A DNA stretch of 64,000 nt from Vicinamibacterales bacterium (lineage in GTDB: Bacteria; Acidobacteriota; Vicinamibacteria; Vicinamibacterales; CAZQMT01), in NCBI GenBank assembly GCA_965197935.1, contig CBDAOD010000002.1:1154849-1218848 (forward strand), read 5' to 3'. Every line of letters starts with the position of its first letter. Position 1 is the first letter of the stretch. Positions 29,808-39,913 of this stretch are shown one piece after another. Under the pieces are notes generated by a model. The model had not been told where the DNA came from and made no database searches. It saw only the letters and a list, made by a program, of their open reading frames with translations. The translations under genes were made by a program, and so were the position numbers.

Positions 29808-30797
29808 TGGAACTCTCGCTCAACGATCTGAAGCCGTTTCTTCCTGGGCTGGAATCCGTGCTCGATGACGACGAGGTGTCGGAACTGATGGTGAACGGGC
29901 CGGGGACGGTGTTTGTGGAGCGTGGCGGTCGCATGACGGCCATGCGGGTACCGGAGCTCGACGAGGCGGCGGTGCTCCGGGCGGCGGTCCAGATCGCGCG
30001 GCCGTTGGGGCGTGATCCACACACGGAGCCGATCATCGATGCGCGGCTCGGGGACGGCTCGCGCGTCGCGATTTGCAGTCCGCCGGCGTCGCCGTGTGCG
30101 GCGATCACGATCCGCCGGTTCGGCGGGCGGGCGTTCACGATGGCGGAGCTGGTGGCCAGCGGCGCCGTCTCACCGGTGGTCGTCGACGAGGCGCGGCACG
30201 TCCTGCAGTATGGCGGCAACATCTTGATTGCCGGGGGCACGGGCTCCGGCAAAACCACGCTGCTCAATGCACTCGTGGCGCTGCTCCCCGAGGCCGGGCG
30301 CATCGTGTCGATCGAGGACACGCTCGAGCTCCAGCTCCGCCGCGCGAACTGTGTCCGGTTCGAGGCGCGGGGGTTGACGGGCGCGGTGACGATTCGGGAC
30401 TTGGTGCGCCACGCGCTGCGGCACCGGCCGGATCACATTGTCGTCGGCGAGGTCCGCGGCGCGGAAGCGGCGGACTTGCTCCAGGCGCTCAACACCGGAC
30501 ACGGGGGGCTCGCTGGCGACGGTCCACGCGAATCATGCGACGGCGGCGCTCTCGCGGTTGGCGAGCTGCGCGATGCAAGCGAGCGATGCGCTGCCCTGGT
30601 CGGTCGTCTGTCGCGGGGTGGTCGATGGGATCGAGGCGGTGATTCAACAGGCGCGGTCGCCGGAGGGTGTGCGCCAGGTCATGCAGATGGTGCGCGTGCG
30701 GGACTATGACGCGACGCGCAATACGTGGATCGTCGAGGACGTGTGGCCGTCGTCGGCGGCGGGCGCGGCCGCGGCATCGGAGCGGTGTCAGGAATGA
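29807..30797 (+). pseudogene. virB11: VirB11/CpaF-family secretion ATPase with a +1 frameshift
   Basis: GGTGSGKTTLLNAL, IEDTLEL, PDHIVVGEVRG, LNTGHGG. SLATVHAN continues in another frame after a G6 run near 30503-30508. Confidence 0.85.
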
Positions 30798-30815
30798 GGG
30801 ACGAAGGGAGAGACC

Positions 30816-31043
30816 ATGCGAGTACGAACAGGGCACGTCGATCCAACGGGCGAGGACATCCCCACGCGGCTGGCGGCAGGCGAGCCGCCGCCGATCACAG
30901 TCGAAACACGGGAAGCGTTTGCGCAGGCGGTCGCCACGATGCTCCGGACGGGTCGGCCGATTCGCGTCCCGTCGCGCGAGGATCTGGAGGCGTGGGTCGG
31001 GCCGCTCGACGAGCTGGACGAGGGGGATCAATACGATGGCTAA
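30816..31043 (+). CDS. Small hypothetical protein
   Basis: 75 aa ORF overlapping the ardC start; compatible operon position. Confidence 0.4.
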   Translation: MRVRTGHVDPTGEDIPTRLAAGEPPPITVETREAFAQAVATMLRTGRPIRVPSREDLEAWVGPLDELDEGDQYDG

Positions 31044-32109
31044 CGCAGACAACACGCCGTCCCGCGTGGACGCCTACCATGAACAGTTCGCCGACAAGAT
31101 GATCACGGCGCTGGAAGCGGGCACCGCTCCGTGGCAAAAGCCGTGGGCACCAGGGGAGCAGATTAGTCCGCAGAATTTCAGCTCGTCGCGGGACTACCGC
31201 GGCGGCAACGCGATCTACCTGGCGGTCGCCGCGGCAGAAAAGGGCTATACAGATCCACGCTGGGGCGGGTACCGGCAGATTTCGGAGGCCGGCGGGCATG
31301 TCCGCAAGGGTGAGAAGGGCACGCCGATCATGTACGTGGAGTACCAGTCGCGGACGCTGGAGAAAGACGACCAGGGCCAGCCGAAGCGGGACGCCGACGG
31401 AAATCAACAGTATCGCGTCGAGCAACGGGACCGGCCGATGGTGCGAATCCATACCGTGTTCAACGTCGAGCAAACGGAGGGGCTGAGGCTGCCCGAGCTC
31501 GGGAAGCGCGAGGCGCCGGCGTGGGAGGGCCACAAGCGCGTCGAGGCGGTGATGCGAGGGAGTGAGGTGACGATCACGCATGAGCCTGGCGACCGGGCGT
31601 TCTATCACAAGGCGCAGGATCGGGTCGTGCTCCCGTCGCCGTCGCAGTTCCCGACGCAGGCCGGGTACGCGCACACGGCGCTGCACGAGCTGGCGCACGC
31701 CACGGGACACGAGACACGGTTGAATCGGCCGACGTTGATGAAACACGAGGGATTCGGATCGGAGACGTACGCCCGTGAGGAACTGCGCGCGGAAATGTCG
31801 GCCATGATGGCCGGCGAGCAGCTCGGCGTCGGGCACGAACCGCGGCACGGCACGGCGTACGTGGCGTCGTGGATCAAAGCCGTACAGAACGACCCGCGTG
31901 AAATCCGGCTCGCGGCTGTGGATGCACAGAAGGCGGCCGACTGGCTCGTCACGCGGGAGCGGACCATGGAGCGGGAACCGACCATGGACCAAGCCGGCCG
32001 CAAGGATGCGCTGCCGCCGCCGCCGCCCACGCCGCCGCCGGTGACGCGGACGCCGGAGCAGCCGACGCCGGCTCCCGACATGGAGCGGGATTTTGGGCCG
32101 AGTCTCTAG
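31036..32109 (+). CDS. ardC: ArdC-like antirestriction ssDNA-binding protein with zincin-like metallopeptidase domain
   Basis: LEAGTAPWQKPW, YRGGNAIYL, RWGGYRQ, VRKGEKG, HELAHATGH, YAREELRAE. Probable start ATG 31036. Confidence 0.9.
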   Translation: MANADNTPSRVDAYHEQFADKMITALEAGTAPWQKPWAPGEQISPQNFSSSRDYRGGNAIYLAVAAAEKGYTDPRWGGYRQISEAGGHVRKGEKGTPIMYVEYQSRTLEKDDQGQPKRDADGNQQYRVEQRDRPMVRIHTVFNVEQTEGLRLPELGKREAPAWEGHKRVEAVMRGSEVTITHEPGDRAFYHKAQDRVVLPSPSQFPTQAGYAHTALHELAHATGHETRLNRPTLMKHEGFGSETYAREELRAEMSAMMAGEQLGVGHEPRHGTAYVASWIKAVQNDPREIRLAAVDAQKAADWLVTRERTMEREPTMDQAGRKDALPPPPPTPPPVTRTPEQPTPAPDMERDFGPSL

Positions 32110-32262
32110 TGGCCGCCGCGGGCGTCGGTCGGCTGAGGGTCGTCAAGACGTCGGACTGGAGCATGGCATCACGATCCAGAACGGCCATGATGGTCGCTCG
32201 GTGTGTGAGCGACATAGCGTCAGTGTCCGGGGTGTGCGCCCCCCTTCCTGGAAGGAATAATC

Positions 32263-32360
32263 GGACCTGAGCGACCCCACCGGGGGGGTGTCCTGTTTGC
32301 GAAATAGGACACCTCTCCGGGGCCACAAATCGACCGATTTGAGGGGGGTCGCTCAGGTCC
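32263..32360. other. Nested inverted-repeat element, candidate oriT
   Basis: Perfect 16-bp IR GGACCTGAGCGACCCC (32263-32278 / 32345-32360) enclosing GGTGTCCTGTTT/AAATAGGACACC and AAATCG/CGATTT hairpins. Confidence 0.5.
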
Positions 32361-32573
32361 AGAGCTTTTTTGATTTGGGTCCAGTGGATGCGAAAACAGC
32401 AATACCTACCGGGCGGAACGTGGCCTGATGGTGCGAAAAGCCAGGCTGGAAGTGTGCGAAATAGGGGCCGAAGGTATTTCGCACGTGATGTGGGTCCAGA
32501 GCGGGTATTTTGAGCGTGTCACGGAGGGGCGGAGTATAGTGACCATCATGGCCGCGCCGGTCGGTCGAAAGCC

Positions 32574-33497
32574 ATGAAACTCGACGTGGACTACTCCCCG
32601 GAACCGGCGGTTTCCGAACGGGACCACGGGCACGGTCGGGACCAACAACAGGAACGGGACCCTGGGCGCGATCGGGACGTGCGCCGGAGCGGCCATCGAC
32701 GAGAGTTCGACGCGAGACAGCTGCGCCGATCGCTCTCGGATCGGGTTGAGGGCGTGGTGCGCGATGTCGGGACGTTCCGGGTGGTAGCGCTGGCGGATAT
32801 CGTCAACCGGCAGTTCGACGGGCACCCGTTCGCCGCGCGGCAGGGGATCGCGCAGGCGGAGCAGCAGGGCTGGATCGTGCGGCAGCAGGCGCAGGGTCCG
32901 AAGGGGAGACCCTACACGATCCTCGTGGCGACGCGGGCCGGCGCGGCACGGGCGGCGGTGCTGTTTGCTAGCGCCGGCCGGGCGGACCAGCAGGTTCACA
33001 GCGGGGCGGTCAAGGCAGCGGACGTGGGGCACGAGGTCGCGGTGTATCGCGCCGCGTGCACGGCGCAGGCGCGGATCGAGGCGGCGGGCGGGCGCGTCGC
33101 CCGGATCCGGATCGATGCCGAACTCAAGGGGCAGGTGGCCGCCAGGGCGGAGCGTGCGCGGCAGGTGACGGGCCGCGCGGCGGCAGAGGCGGCGCGGCGC
33201 CGCGCCGCGGCGGAGCTGCACCTGCCGGTCGAGCACGGCACGGTGCTCTTTCCGGACGCACAGATCGAGTACGTCACCACGGCGGGCTTGGCCGGGCGCT
33301 GTAACGTCGAGGTCGCGTCGGCGCATTACGGTGGTGGGGCCATTCGCGCGAAGGCGGCGGCCGGGTTCCAGATGTACGCGGCCTCAGGCCGCGCCGCTAC
33401 GGTGGTGCGGCGGGCGCTCGCGGGCGGTGACGCGAGTGGCGGGCGCAAGCGCGGCCGCAGCGGTGGGACTCGAGAGTACGAGGTGTTCGAGCTGTGA
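32574..33497 (+). CDS. Putative replication-relaxation-like protein (wHTH + PD-(D/E)xK-like)
   Basis: HEVAVYR...FPDAQIEY...NVEV...HY resembles the Replic_Relax layout. Adjacent to the candidate oriT. Confidence 0.5.
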   Translation: MKLDVDYSPEPAVSERDHGHGRDQQQERDPGRDRDVRRSGHRREFDARQLRRSLSDRVEGVVRDVGTFRVVALADIVNRQFDGHPFAARQGIAQAEQQGWIVRQQAQGPKGRPYTILVATRAGAARAAVLFASAGRADQQVHSGAVKAADVGHEVAVYRAACTAQARIEAAGGRVARIRIDAELKGQVAARAERARQVTGRAAAEAARRRAAAELHLPVEHGTVLFPDAQIEYVTTAGLAGRCNVEVASAHYGGGAIRAKAAAGFQMYAASGRAATVVRRALAGGDASGGRKRGRSGGTREYEVFEL

Positions 33498-33811
33498 GGC
33501 CGTGGCGGGTGGCTGTCGGGCTGACGATGACGGGCGGGGCGCTCGCGGTGTGGGCGCTGTGGCTCGAACTCGCGTACCTGCGGCCGTATGGGGCAGTCCT
33601 GCTGGTGGACTATGGGTGGTATGTCGGGGCGCATGGCGGGCTGGCGCTGGTGACGCTCGGGGCCAGCGTGTACGTCGCGGCCCGGTCGATGTCATTGGGC
33701 GCGGTGGGCCGCAAGGTGGATGTGGTCGAGCGGACGATTCGCCGGGGAACGGGGCAGGATCCGGAGCTGGCGGAGGCGCTGGCTCGTGACGAGTCGGGAG
33801 ACTACAGCTAA
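33494..33811 (+). CDS. Small membrane protein
   Basis: 105 aa with two hydrophobic segments; GTGA overlap with the upstream gene. Confidence 0.6.
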   Translation: MRPWRVAVGLTMTGGALAVWALWLELAYLRPYGAVLLVDYGWYVGAHGGLALVTLGASVYVAARSMSLGAVGRKVDVVERTIRRGTGQDPELAEALARDESGDYS

Positions 33812-33964
33812 TGGGCCTGAATCTGAAGGATGACCCGTCCGGTGCTGAGAAGGAAGAAGGACAATAAGGACAGCGTGTCCACACTGTCGATATTCCTCAT
33901 CGTCGGTGCGGCTTCAAGTCCTTAACTTTTGTCGTTATTATCTCCACGCGTTCATGTATAGGTC

Positions 33965-34243
33965 GTGTCGCGATTCAAAGACAATGACACCGAACATCTT
34001 TTCCAAGGACGCCACGTTCTCCGTCTGCCGGCTGACATCCAACGCCGGGCACGCATGCGGCTCCAGCGTGTGGTGGCGGCCACCGCCTTATCCGACCTGC
34101 GGCTCCCGCCGTCACATCGCCTCAAAGCGTTGAGCGGCGACCGAAAAGGCCAGAACAGCATCCGCATCAACGACCAATGGCGCGTGTGTTTTTACTGGAC
34201 AGAGCACGGCGCAATGGAAATCGAAATCACAGACTACCACTGA
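33965..34243 (+). CDS. higB: HigB (RelE/ParE-family) toxin
   Basis: PPSHRLKALSGDRKGQNSIRINDQWRVCF...ITDYH. Confidence 0.92.
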   Translation: MSRFKDNDTEHLFQGRHVLRLPADIQRRARMRLQRVVAATALSDLRLPPSHRLKALSGDRKGQNSIRINDQWRVCFYWTEHGAMEIEITDYH

Positions 34244-34253
34244 GGATAAAGCT

Positions 34254-34541
34254 ATGACCAAGATCGACCCGATTCATCCTGGAGAACACTTGGCAGAGAT
34301 TCTCGACGAACTCGGAATCAGCCAATACCGCTTGGCGAAAGTGATCGACACGCCTCCGCGCCGCATCAATGAAATCATCCACGGACGCCGCTCCATCACG
34401 GCGGATACGGCGCTGCGTTTAGGGCAGGCTCTCGGAATCACACCGGAGTTCTGGCTGAACTTGCAAAATTTGTATGACCTTGATCTTGCCCGCGCCTCAA
34501 TCGATGTCGGAACCATCGAAGCATTGAGTGTGGCTCCATAG
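34254..34541 (+). CDS. higA: HigA antitoxin (HTH)
   Basis: IHPGEHL...RRINEIIHGRRSITADTALRL...FWLNLQ. Confidence 0.92.
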   Translation: MTKIDPIHPGEHLAEILDELGISQYRLAKVIDTPPRRINEIIHGRRSITADTALRLGQALGITPEFWLNLQNLYDLDLARASIDVGTIEALSVAP

Positions 34542-34664
34542 CCACGCACGTCAATTCAGAGGCAGACGCTCCGGAAGTTGAAAGTCCCGCAGATAGAAGC
34601 GTCGAAGGCGAACGACTTAAGGCAGGCGTACGTTGTGCGAAAGACACAGGTCTTGGGAGGTGAA

Positions 34665-37151
34665 ATGGCGAAGAAGAACGGAAGGAAACCCAAGACTGCG
34701 CCAAAGACGCCGTTTCCGGCGGCTTCTAACAAGCTGCATGAGCATGACGGCTGGCTCTGGATTCCCTTGCGAGATGAATGGCGAAACGTGGCTGACAAGC
34801 CGGAGGAAATCGTCCGTCAACACTTCATTCGCCACCTGTGCGACAACTACGGCTACGTGCTCGACCAGATGGATCAGGAACGGCGGACCATGCATGGGCA
34901 CAAGAGCCCGCGCGCCGATATCGTGATCTGGGAAACACGCGAGGCCAAGGCCGCGAAGAAAACGCCGGTTCTCGTGATCGAGTGCAAGGCCGAGAACGTC
35001 GATATCAACATCAAGGACTATTACCAGGGCGAGAGCTACACCAGAGCTGTCGGCTGCGAGTTCTTCATCGCCCACAATGCTCGCTACACCGCCGTTTTCA
35101 GGCTGGTTCCCGGCCTGCCGGGCGAGTTCATACAAATCAACGAGATCGCGAAGGCGACGGATTGGGGCGATGCCAAGCGGATCGAGGAAATCAAAAACAA
35201 GCTCCGGGTTTTCAACCGAAAGGAGTTCCAGGATCTCCTGTTCAAGTGCCACTCGATCCTGCGCGACGTGCACAAAATGGACCCCGGACGCGCATTCGAT
35301 ACGATCTCGAAGGTCCTGTTCGTGAAGATGTACGTGGAACGCACGGGCATGCACGGCACGTTCACAGTCGACTTCCTCGACCGCCGCGCTTCGACGCGCC
35401 TGCCGACCGATCTGCTTGTTCACGATGGCTTGTTCGAGCAGACGAAGGACCACTACAAGGCCGACGATCTTTTCGCCACGACCGACCGTCTTGAAATCAC
35501 CGAGGAGACCTTCCGCCGGATCGTGAAGGAACTCGCGCGTTTCGATCTCTCGAAGACCGGCGACGACATCAAGGGACTGGCCTTCGAGAAGTTCCTTGGC
35601 ACCACGTTCCGGGGTGAACTCGGCCAGTTCTTCACGCCCCGCCCTATCGTGGACTTCATGGTCAACCTGCTCGATCCACGGGAAGGCGAATTGATCTGCG
35701 ACCCCGCGGCGGGGTCGGGCGGATTCCTAATCCGCGCCTTCGAGCACGTCCGCGGTCAGATCGCCGCCGCCGTTCAGGCTGAAAAGGACAGGGAGCGGGC
35801 CGAGATCGAAGCGAAGGGTCTCGACCCAGAGGAGGAAGAGGCCCAGATTGATACGGCCTTCGCCACGCTCAACCGTGAGCTTTTGTCCTCAAATGATCAG
35901 AACCAGCCAGTCAATACCCGTGTCGGCAAGCTCGCTTGGCGCTGCGTCTTCGGTTGCGATGCCGAACCCCGCGCCGCGCGCACCGCCAAGATGAATATGA
36001 TCATGCACGGTGACGGTCATGGCGGCATTCACTACCATGACGGCCTTGTCGACGTGAACGGCATCTTCCCGACGCGTTTCGATATTGTCGTCACTAATCC
36101 GCCTTTCGGCTCGAACGTGGGCAACGACCAGAAAGTCACCGGGAACGACGGGACGCACATACACGAGGACGCTACCTATCGCGACGACTGTCTGGAACGT
36201 TACGGCGACGCGTGGGGACGGAGCTACCAGCGCATGCTGGATGCGACCGGAACGAATATTCTCGACCTGTTCGAGATCGGCAAGGGCAAGGCGAATCGAG
36301 CCAGCGAGATCATCTTCGTCGAACGCTGCCTAAGCCTGCTCAAACCCGGTGGGCGCATGGGCATCGTCCTGCCCGATGGCAACCTCAATAACCCGTCGCT
36401 GGCATGGCTGCGCCGCTGGTGCGAGGGCAAGGCGCGAATCCTGGCGGTCGTCAGTCTGCCCGAGGAGACATTTCGTTCGGCCGACGCGACCGTGAAGGCG
36501 TCCCTGGTCTTTCTCCGACGCTTCACGGCCACCGACGAGGCGATGTGGGAAGCCTCGTGGACGGAGGCTCACGCCGATCACGACGACGCATTCAATGCCA
36601 AACGCGATGCGCTCTGCGCCGACCTCGGGCGGCGGATCGTGACGGGAGAGAACGCGACTGTCGAGAAGATCGTTGATGAACTGGCCATGCTCGGGATTGA
36701 GCGCACGGAGCCCGCATGGAGTGCCGGGAAGCCGCCCGACTATCCACGCGGCATCGGCCCGAGTAAGTTGGCGAACCCGCGCTGGAACGGGTCTGCGAGC
36801 GAGAGGAAGCGAGCCGCCCAAGCTAAACTGGACTACGCGACCGTCTTCAATGGCGACGAGGACACTAAAAGGCGGGCGGACGTGCTCTGTCGCGAGCTGC
36901 GAGCAGGTCTGCGAAGCATCGACGAAGCGCACAACATCGCGCTGTGGACCACGGTACGCGAGGCGTTCGACTATCCGGTCTTCATTGCCGCGCCCAAGAC
37001 TGTCGGCATCTCCTCTACCGGTGAGACGGGCGAGAATGTACCGGACGAACTACCGCAATTACTGGACGCCTATCACGCCTTCGAAACATGGGTTGAGGCT
37101 GGAGCCATACCGGAGAACGTGCCGGATTTCCACCTGCCCTCCGTTGCCTGA
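34665..37151 (+). CDS. N6-adenine DNA methyltransferase with N-terminal HsdR_N-like nuclease domain
   Basis: PEEIVRQ...ADIVIW...IECK, GQFFTPR, DPAAGSGGFL, NPPFG. Probable start MAKKNG at 34665. Confidence 0.9.
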   Translation: MAKKNGRKPKTAPKTPFPAASNKLHEHDGWLWIPLRDEWRNVADKPEEIVRQHFIRHLCDNYGYVLDQMDQERRTMHGHKSPRADIVIWETREAKAAKKTPVLVIECKAENVDINIKDYYQGESYTRAVGCEFFIAHNARYTAVFRLVPGLPGEFIQINEIAKATDWGDAKRIEEIKNKLRVFNRKEFQDLLFKCHSILRDVHKMDPGRAFDTISKVLFVKMYVERTGMHGTFTVDFLDRRASTRLPTDLLVHDGLFEQTKDHYKADDLFATTDRLEITEETFRRIVKELARFDLSKTGDDIKGLAFEKFLGTTFRGELGQFFTPRPIVDFMVNLLDPREGELICDPAAGSGGFLIRAFEHVRGQIAAAVQAEKDRERAEIEAKGLDPEEEEAQIDTAFATLNRELLSSNDQNQPVNTRVGKLAWRCVFGCDAEPRAARTAKMNMIMHGDGHGGIHYHDGLVDVNGIFPTRFDIVVTNPPFGSNVGNDQKVTGNDGTHIHEDATYRDDCLERYGDAWGRSYQRMLDATGTNILDLFEIGKGKANRASEIIFVERCLSLLKPGGRMGIVLPDGNLNNPSLAWLRRWCEGKARILAVVSLPEETFRSADATVKASLVFLRRFTATDEAMWEASWTEAHADHDDAFNAKRDALCADLGRRIVTGENATVEKIVDELAMLGIERTEPAWSAGKPPDYPRGIGPSKLANPRWNGSASERKRAAQAKLDYATVFNGDEDTKRRADVLCRELRAGLRSIDEAHNIALWTTVREAFDYPVFIAAPKTVGISSTGETGENVPDELPQLLDAYHAFETWVEAGAIPENVPDFHLPSVA

Positions 37152-37246
37152 TCCGGCAGTGGAGGGCTCTCGAACCCTGGATCACTGCGGAAGCCGTCGA
37201 GAGCTGGCATTCGCGTTTTCCGCCCATATCGCTTCGCGACGGTGTT

Positions 37247-38515
37247 TTGCAGAGGCGGGAGGTAGTTGCCGTCACTGACTCGTTCGGCAACTGGACGCCA
37301 ATCACCGTGCATCTGACGGGCGAGATATCAGCTCGCAGTCGAACGACGCCCTATAAGGGCGGCATGTTCGCCGCCTATTCCGGGGATATCGTGTTCTCCA
37401 AAATCGATGCCCGTAATGGTGCTATCGGCGTCCTTCCTTCCGAGATTTCCAAGGCGGTCGTTACATCGAAGTTCCCCGTCCTCATCCCGATTCCCGATCG
37501 CCTTCATAGCGAGTTCGTTAAGCTGGTGCTGAGGACCGGCGGTTTTCTCTCCGCGCTCCGCGCCAAAGCCAGTGGCACAAGCGGACGCAAGCGCATCACG
37601 CCGGAAGCGTTCCTCGACCTCCGCATCCCGTTGCCGCCGCTGGACGAGCAGCGCACCATCGCTGCTGCCTATCACACGGCGCTGAACCTTGCGGCTGGTC
37701 TGGATAGAGAAGCTGGCGAAACTGAAGCGCGGGCGGCAGAGGCGTTTGAGGAGGCGCTTGGTTTCGGCCCGCCCACGCCCTTGCCCGATCGCCCTGTCTT
37801 CGTCGCTTCCTTCAAGGACCTCGACCGTTGGAGCCATGAAGGGATTCTTCGTCAGAGCGCCGAAACCCATACGGCCCATACATCACCCTATCCGATTGTC
37901 CAACTCTGCGACGTGATCGCTAACCTCGTCGTTGGCTGGAGCCCAAAATGCCTCAATCGTCCTGCCGACAAGAGCGAATGGGGAATATTAAAGCTGAGTG
38001 CTATGACATCTGGTCACCTGAAACCGTCTGAGAATAAAGCGCTACCATCGGAGGTGGAGCCACGACCGGAACTTGAGGTGAAACGTGGAAATGTACTGAT
38101 TACTCGCGGTAGCGGCGTGACCCGGCTCGTTGGAGCGACGACCTTTGTCGCTGATGAGCCACCGGGTAAGCTAATGATCTGCGATCTAATTTTCCGGGTG
38201 CTTTTCAAGAAAGCAAGCGAAATCGATCCCGCTTTCCTTGCAGTAACACTTGCAACAACGCGCCTGCGTAGTCAGATTGAAGAGCGACGGACAGGGGCCG
38301 CTCCAATGATGCAGAAAATCACGAAGTCGGCGCTGATGTCCCTTCGGCTTCCTCTCCCACCGAAGCCCGAGCAAATAACTATGGCCAAGGCCCTCACCGA
38401 CGCCCGCGCTAGAGCCACCGATCTCCGAGGGCAGGCCCGAACGGCACGCGCCCAAGCATGGAGGGACTTCGGAGCCTCGGTCTACGCAGTGGAGGACGAA
38501 ACCGAGGCTTGCTGA
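37247..38515 (+). CDS. hsdS: Type I-style RM specificity subunit, N-terminus apparently damaged
   Basis: GDIVFSKIDARNGA, IPLPPLDEQRTI, LPLPPKPEQITM (two TRD + conserved-helix units). The natural start seems to be about 37144 in another frame. Confidence 0.8.
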   Translation: MQRREVVAVTDSFGNWTPITVHLTGEISARSRTTPYKGGMFAAYSGDIVFSKIDARNGAIGVLPSEISKAVVTSKFPVLIPIPDRLHSEFVKLVLRTGGFLSALRAKASGTSGRKRITPEAFLDLRIPLPPLDEQRTIAAAYHTALNLAAGLDREAGETEARAAEAFEEALGFGPPTPLPDRPVFVASFKDLDRWSHEGILRQSAETHTAHTSPYPIVQLCDVIANLVVGWSPKCLNRPADKSEWGILKLSAMTSGHLKPSENKALPSEVEPRPELEVKRGNVLITRGSGVTRLVGATTFVADEPPGKLMICDLIFRVLFKKASEIDPAFLAVTLATTRLRSQIEERRTGAAPMMQKITKSALMSLRLPLPPKPEQITMAKALTDARARATDLRGQARTARAQAWRDFGASVYAVEDETEAC

Positions 38516-38695
38516 CTTGGGCAGCAGCTGACGCGCCGGAGGCAGTGTCGGCGGGGAACACCAGTAGCGAGGAGCACGTAAACGTGATCTCGTCACGGCG
38601 GCGACGACGCGTTCCGTACCTCGCTCTGGGCGAGTATGAGGGGTCTGATCCGGCCAGCCAAAATGGAAATCCTGGCTTGGAGGGAAGACTACGAG

Positions 38696-39147
38696 ATGGC
38701 CATACGGAAGTTTCCGAGGGACACTGTAAAGGATTACAGCGAGTTCCGACACGAAATCCAGCCCGGGGATCTACTATTGTGCTCTGGTTCCAGCCCATTC
38801 TCCCGCGCCATTCAGATGGCAACTGGAAGCCAGTGGAGCCACGTTGGATTCGTAATGCCGCTCAGCGTGATCAATCGAGTCATGGTGCTGGAGAGCGTCG
38901 AAACAATAGGCGTTCCACAGTTCCCTTGAGTAAGTATCTCAATGACTATGACAACAATAGAAAACCCTATCCGGGCGGCCTCGTCATCGCGCGACACGAC
39001 GACTTTCCCTTTAACAAGGAGGATGTCCTGCGTAAATTTTCACAGCTTGCTGTCGACATGTTTGGTTACCCCTATGACAACAACGAAATCGCTAGGATAA
39101 CTCTGCGCATCATCGCGTCCGTCCTGCCCGGCCCACGCACGCGCTGA
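38696..39147 (+). pseudogene. Permuted papain-like amidase (YaeF/YiiX-like), frameshifted and truncated
   Basis: IQPGDLLLCSG...SQWSHVGFV...VLES, then GYPYD in another frame. No catalytic CSE segment. Confidence 0.7.
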
Positions 39148-39407
39148 GCAACCACCTTGCCGTGAAATTTGTGCAGCACAACTGGACCGCGGTAGAAATC
39201 GCGCACCAGATACGTCAGGATGCGATGTCTAGTTTTGGACCCAGGCGATTGCTGCCCTGGCTAGCCTTGATCGCGGCCGTAGTGGGCTTGATCCGATTCG
39301 GTGGACGGTTTCGTTATGCTGCCTGAGTTGATCGTTGTTCGAACTCCGCCGGGCTAATCTGTCCGAGCGTGGAGTGTCGACGACGCTGGTTATAGAACGT
39401 ACAGCGC

Positions 39408-39703
39408 CTAGAGGAGGAGGGCCCGCAGCAACTGCTCCGGCGGGACCGACGGCCGACCGACGTGGACGTACATCATGCCGAAGCGCGGCGAGAGACGCTG
39501 CAAGGCGCGATCGGTGATGCGCCGCACGGCACGCAATGGATGGTCGGCCGGCACGCGCTCCTCCAGCGACACGGAGCTGAACATCGATCCCGGTTGCTCG
39601 TCGGCTCCACGCATCAGGCGGCTCCCTTCATGAATGGGAGCATGGTAGTACGTCGGGATCGATCTGTCGATCCCCTTAGGGTTGCTTTTTCAGCAACCTG
39701 CTA
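39408..39703 (-). mobile_element. IS5-family fragment (left end + transposase N-terminus)
   Basis: VSLEERVPADHPLR...GRPSVPPEQLLRALLL then stop. CAGGTTGCTGAAAAAG-type end next to CTAG. Confidence 0.7.
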
Positions 39704-39913
39704 GAACGCTATGAGCCCTACCGGAGTATGTGGGCATTTTCCGTTAGCAATAACGGAGGCGAAACCGCGTTAGATCTTGCCCTCGACATGCCGAACGACG
39801 GCATCGCGCTCGTGAGAGGTGACGGAAGACCAGTCGACACACATGAGTCCGTCGCGGCGCATGACGGCCCTTGTTCGCCCTGTCGGTCCGTCGTCGGCGA
39901 TAATCGGCCTGCC

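Noticed and set aside
26684-33811. A novel minimal T4SS with only VirD4 and VirB11
   Set aside because: The VirB8-like remnant fused to an integrase fragment indicates the other mating-pair genes were deleted.
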